From assembly GCA_022510765.1 (NCBI GenBank), contig JAFLSU010000009.1, positions 4,594 to 68,593 on the forward strand: a DNA stretch of 64,000 nt. The letters run 5' to 3'. A program made the translations under genes and the position numbers. This document shows, piece after piece, positions 60,224 to 64,000 of the stretch. How positions within the stretch are numbered: position 1 is the stretch's first letter; the number at the start of each line of letters is the position of its first letter. The stretch is from Christensenellaceae bacterium. Lineage in GTDB: Bacteria > Bacillota > Clostridia > Christensenellales > CAG-138. Below the pieces are notes generated by a model, which worked only from the letters and a program-made list of their open reading frames with translations, did not search any database and was not told where the DNA came from.

Positions 60224-62065
60224 TTATAGCTCATCAATAAAATTATAACGTTTAAGAGATTCACTTTTTGCATCTATCTCGGAAAGCCAATCCGATATCT
60301 CCTGATATGCGTTGTCCAGTCCTAAGCAGCTAATAATCGCAGAATATAGGCGTTCACGTTCAGCTTCCGTGCAATCTGAGGTATCGATTTTGCTAAAATT
60401 AAGTATGTGCGAAATACTACTATGTACTGTCGCTTCGGCGTAACCACGAATAACATCTATGCTATCATTTTTAATAGCAAAGTTTCTCGACATAGAATGT
60501 ATTATGTCAATAAAAAATATTTCAACAATAAAGCTGTGCGGTTGAGGTATTATGCCTATCCGATCTTTTGACAAATACACTCCTGGACATAAGCTTTTTA
60601 GTATAAATTCATTTCTATTATTGCTGCGCGTTGCGGCTTCTACCAGTTTACGTAGATCATCCGCCAACGCATTTATAGCAAAACGCTCAGGTTCAATCTG
60701 TACCAATAAGGTATAATAGTCTCGTTTCCAATAAGCCTGTGGCATACTTAGAAGAGAGGAAAACAATTTCTTTTGCTGCTCATCCGTCAATACGTGAGCT
60801 GTATAATAAGCGGCAAAATAGGTTTGAAATGATCGATGAGAAAATCGGAACATGTCGCCATCTTTTATAATCATACAAACCGAATTACGCAAATCCGTAA
60901 GATAATCTTTATCTATGATTTCAAGGTTAAGTTTATTAATGCTATTTTGTAATCGTTTAAGAATGTCATCTTTAGTAAACTCATAGGCCTCATCCATATA
61001 AGAATGAAAGCAAAAATGAGCAAAAAGGCGCTTGAAGCTTTCCTCGTTCAGAGCCTTACAACGAAAATCACGCCTATAACTGCCTTTGTCAGTGCTATCG
61101 TGTATACTGTAAAGTGCATCAAATGCCTTTTGATAGAAATCGGAAAGGTGATCTGGTATGGACGAGTTACGCATAAATGTGAGAAACATCATGGAAAGCA
61201 ACAGTGGGTTTTCTGCAAAACTTTTATGAGTATCATAGAGAAATTCCTCAAGCTGACGACAAAACTCTTGTGCTTTTTCGTCTTCGGGGCGAATTTTTTC
61301 TGCCAACCGGACCGCTTGTTCCTTTCGGAGAGTCATAGGCTCCATGGTGGTATAGGTCTCAAGCGGGGAAAACCCTTCGTACGGCCGTGAAGTAATGATA
61401 CAGGGATTTTTGGGATATTTCGCGCTAAATTTCTGAAGTGCTTCAGCCGTTTCAGCAGATAACGAAGTATTGACCTCATCCAGCCCATCAAACAAAAACA
61501 GATATTTTCCTGATACAAGGCTATATTCAAACTGCTCCCTCGGTAACTTCACATTAAAATCTTCCATACAGGTATAAATCAGCTCCAGAATTGATAGCTG
61601 ATCCGAGGGTTGCTTGTTTATACGTCGAAGCTCGACCAATACCGGAACATGCTCCCCAAGTTCGGCAGTTACAAGAAACAGATAACGCATGAGCATAGAT
61701 TTGCCTATGCCACCGGTACCGACAATCAGGATATTCTTGCTGATGTTCAGCATAGGCTCAACTGTCGAGGTGTCAATTTCTTGATTCTCGTATGATAGAC
61801 CAATATTGACATAAATGCTGTCAGGGCCAATTATTTCCCTAGAAGTTTGACCCGTGGCAAGCGTCTTAACTTTATTATATCGTTCAGTCGCATTTTTTAA
61901 ATAACGTTGAAAAACTGTTCCAAGCTCAATCTTGGCTTTACCATATTTGTCCTTTACAAAATCTACAATTGCACCTAATGCGCGGTCTACAACGCTTGCT
62001 CCAACTTTTTGCGCACCGCTGACCATTGCAGCACCTAATAGAGAGGTGTTATCAGATTCATCCAT
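60224..62065 (-). CDS. NACHT (STAND) NTPase, putative anti-phage protein
   Basis: Walker A GTGGIGKS, Walker B LFLFDGLDE, IITSRP, NPLLLSM, FSHRSFQTYFAA; AT-rich; GGAGG RBS before MDESD. Confidence 0.9.
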   Translation of the reverse strand: MDESDNTSLLGAAMVSGAQKVGASVVDRALGAIVDFVKDKYGKAKIELGTVFQRYLKNATERYNKVKTLATGQTSREIIGPDSIYVNIGLSYENQEIDTSTVEPMLNISKNILIVGTGGIGKSMLMRYLFLVTAELGEHVPVLVELRRINKQPSDQLSILELIYTCMEDFNVKLPREQFEYSLVSGKYLFLFDGLDEVNTSLSAETAEALQKFSAKYPKNPCIITSRPYEGFSPLETYTTMEPMTLRKEQAVRLAEKIRPEDEKAQEFCRQLEEFLYDTHKSFAENPLLLSMMFLTFMRNSSIPDHLSDFYQKAFDALYSIHDSTDKGSYRRDFRCKALNEESFKRLFAHFCFHSYMDEAYEFTKDDILKRLQNSINKLNLEIIDKDYLTDLRNSVCMIIKDGDMFRFSHRSFQTYFAAYYTAHVLTDEQQKKLFSSLLSMPQAYWKRDYYTLLVQIEPERFAINALADDLRKLVEAATRSNNRNEFILKSLCPGVYLSKDRIGIIPQPHSFIVEIFFIDIIHSMSRNFAIKNDSIDVIRGYAEATVHSSISHILNFSKIDTSDCTEAERERLYSAIISCLGLDNAYQEISDWLSEIDAKSESLKRYNFIDEL

Positions 62066-62148
62066 TTTACAATCCTCCATGTTTTTCCATATCGTATCAA
62101 AATTCGAGGAATTATGCAAGGGTTAATTGAGTGGTTTTCTTCAAAACT

Positions 62149-62285
62149 ACTATGTCGATGTGATTTCCCGCTTGTAGATTGAAGCCTTGATACTCGAATA
62201 CCGCCCGACGATGCTGTTCGTCGAGCATGATAGATTATTCGTTTCGAAGATAGCAACGCGCAGAATTGAGCTGAGCGAAACACGG
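62149..62285 (+). pseudogene. displaced second lsa 3' end (direct repeat copy 2) with CAG>TAG nonsense change
   Basis: YVDVISRL*IEALILEYRPTMLFVEHDRLFVSKIATRRIELSETR*. Confidence 0.85.
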
Positions 62286-62346
62286 TAAATGCCTTAGATT
62301 TGGGATTCAACCACTTATATTCGACGTTAAAAGCTGTTTTTCGCAC

Positions 62347-62375
62347 TTGACAGGTGAATCTATGCTGTGTACAAT
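62347..62375 (+). promoter_or_regulatory. sigmaA promoter of the rib operon
   Basis: TTGACA-N17-TACAAT with TG extension. Confidence 0.8.
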
Positions 62376-62382
62376 GTACTTG

Positions 62383-62500
62383 AATATCTTCGGGGCGGGG
62401 TGCGATTCCCCACCGGCGGTAAAGCCCGCGAGCAATCAACTTTGATTCGCAGATCTGGTGAAATTCCGGAGCCGACAGTATAGTCTGGATGAAAGAAGAT
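62383..62500 (+). ncRNA. FMN riboswitch (RFN element)
   Basis: TATCTTCGGGGCGGGGTGCGATTCCCCACCGGCGGTAAAGCCCGCGAGC...AGATCTGGTGAAATTCCGGAGCCGACAGTATAGTCTGGATGAAAGAAG. Confidence 0.97.
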
Positions 62501-62520
62501 GGCATCTTTTTGAGATAATG

Positions 62521-62555
62521 CCCTGAAATGAGAGATCGTTTCAGGGATTTTTTGG
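62521..62555 (+). terminator. riboswitch expression-platform terminator
   Basis: CCCTGAAAT...GTTTCAGGG followed by ATTTTTT. Confidence 0.75.
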
Positions 62556-62618
62556 ATGCAAATGCCCTGTGGAGTATTTCCGCAGGGTATTTTGTTGTTA
62601 AATAGGAAGGAACGGAGT

Positions 62619-63737
62619 ATGCAGAACGATTCGGATTATATGCGCCGTGCGATCGCCTTGGCAAGGCAGGGTGTCGGTTGGACATCGCCCAATCCCATGG
62701 TCGGTGCAGTAATTGTAAAAAACGGCAGGGTCATCGGAGAAGGCTATCATAAAAAATGCGGGGAACCCCATGCGGAAAGGAATGCTCTTGCGTCCCTCAC
62801 GGAATCGGCGCAGGGGGCAACGATGTATGTAACGCTCGAACCCTGCTGTCACCACGGCAGAACGCCGCCATGCACCGAGGCCATCGCCCAACATGGGATA
62901 AGCCGGGTGGTCATCGGCTCAAGGGATCCGAATCCGCTGGTCGCCGGCAAGGGCGTGAGTTTTCTTAGGCAGCAGGGCATAATTGTGGAGGAGGACTTTC
63001 TAAAGACCGAATGTGACGCGCTTAATCCCGTGTTTTTTCACTACATCACCACAGGTTACTCCTATGTCGTCATGAAATACGCGATGACGCTGGATGGGAA
63101 GATTGCAACGCATTTGGGAAAATCAAAGTGGATAACAGGGGAGACAGCCAGGCAGCATGTGCATCAGCTTCGAGGTCATTACAGTGCCATTCTCGTGGGT
63201 ATCGGGACGGTTCTCGCGGACGATCCCATGCTGAACTGTCGAATTCCAGGCGGGCATCAGCCCGTGCGGATCGTTGCCGACAGCCATCTGCGGCTTCCGC
63301 TTCATAGCAGGTTGGCGCAGAGCGCAGGGGAATTCCGAACCATCGTGGCATGTGCGGAAAACGACCCTGCGAAAGCTGCAGCATTGCGCTCGGCAGGAAT
63401 CGAGGTGCTGCATATTCCGGGTTCGGATGGAAGAGTTGATCTTATGGAATTGATTGAATATCTCGGCAGGGAGCGGTTGGACAGCGTTCTAATCGAGGGC
63501 GGCGGACAGCTCCATGAAGCTGCGCTGCGGGCAGGTATAGTAAACCATGTCTGCGCATACATCGCACCAAAGCTCTTTGGCGGAGCCGAGGCTAAAACGC
63601 CCGTGGAGGGGAAGGGAGTAAATCTGCCTGACGAGGGTGCGAAGCTAAACAATATGCGTTTGACGCAGTTGGGTGAGGATATTTTACTTGAATACGATGT
63701 GAAGGAGGGCATGAACGGTGTTTACTGGAATCATTGA
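62619..63737 (+). CDS. ribD: riboflavin biosynthesis deaminase/reductase RibD
   Basis: SPNPMVGAV, HAERNA, TLEPCCHHGRTPPC, AMTLDGKIA, IEGGGQL. Confidence 0.97.
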   Translation: MQNDSDYMRRAIALARQGVGWTSPNPMVGAVIVKNGRVIGEGYHKKCGEPHAERNALASLTESAQGATMYVTLEPCCHHGRTPPCTEAIAQHGISRVVIGSRDPNPLVAGKGVSFLRQQGIIVEEDFLKTECDALNPVFFHYITTGYSYVVMKYAMTLDGKIATHLGKSKWITGETARQHVHQLRGHYSAILVGIGTVLADDPMLNCRIPGGHQPVRIVADSHLRLPLHSRLAQSAGEFRTIVACAENDPAKAAALRSAGIEVLHIPGSDGRVDLMELIEYLGRERLDSVLIEGGGQLHEAALRAGIVNHVCAYIAPKLFGGAEAKTPVEGKGVNLPDEGAKLNNMRLTQLGEDILLEYDVKEGMNGVYWNH

Positions 63738-64000
63738 AGAAATTGGTTCGGTGCAAAATGTTTCCTCGGGTCAAAACGATGGCAGCATCGGCATAAAGGC
63801 AGGGCTTGTTTTAGAGGGAACAAAGATCGGGGACTCCATCGCGGTAAATGGCGTGTGTCTCACGGTGACGAGCCTGAAAAGCGACGGTTTTACGGCGGAT
63901 ATTATGCCGGAAACCCTTAGAAGAAGCAATCTTGGCGCATTGCATAGCGGCGATCCGGTAAACTTGGAACGTGCTATGTCGGCGGACGGCAGGTTTGGCG
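63718..64000 (+). CDS. ribE: riboflavin synthase alpha chain (3' end outside window; not in ORF track)
   Basis: GTG start after AAGGAGG; MFTGIIEEIG...GDSIAVNGVCLTV read from DNA. Confidence 0.95.
   Translation, partial: MFTGIIEEIGSVQNVSSGQNDGSIGIKAGLVLEGTKIGDSIAVNGVCLTVTSLKSDGFTADIMPETLRRSNLGALHSGDPVNLERAMSADGRFG

Overview
64 kb of chromosome from a spore-forming anaerobic Clostridia-class bacterium, inferred from the ispH-rpsA fusion, ytfJ/dacB, buk, dockerins and the S10-spc-alpha operon with KOW-infA. The backbone is housekeeping: polA-coaE-slt-SBP, exoA, the complete rpsJ..rplQ cluster, tRNA-Val(CAC), rpmE, buk, asparaginase, ftsH, rluB, a Na+-pumping decarboxylase operon, surE, cmk-plsC-ispH/rpsA and an FMN-riboswitch rib operon. 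No CRISPR array, integrase or transposase was found. The most unusual items are as follows. (1) An NACHT (putative anti-phage) cassette sits between two ~125-bp diverged copies of the 3' end of an lsa-type ABC-F gene; the copies differ mostly at synonymous sites. (2) Three large, hand-folded, unassigned structured RNA candidates: 428 nt between rpmJ and rpsM; ~270 nt plus a 20-bp tandem array behind a small sigmaG-type gene; and a ~410-nt leader of an LRR-dockerin gene. (3) An internal promoter, RBS and ATG that could express stand-alone S1 from the ispH-rpsA fusion. (4) A poly-A frameshifted LRR-dockerin paralogue and an amber-interrupted RelE/ParE toxin. All RNA structures were paired by eye and no database searches were run.
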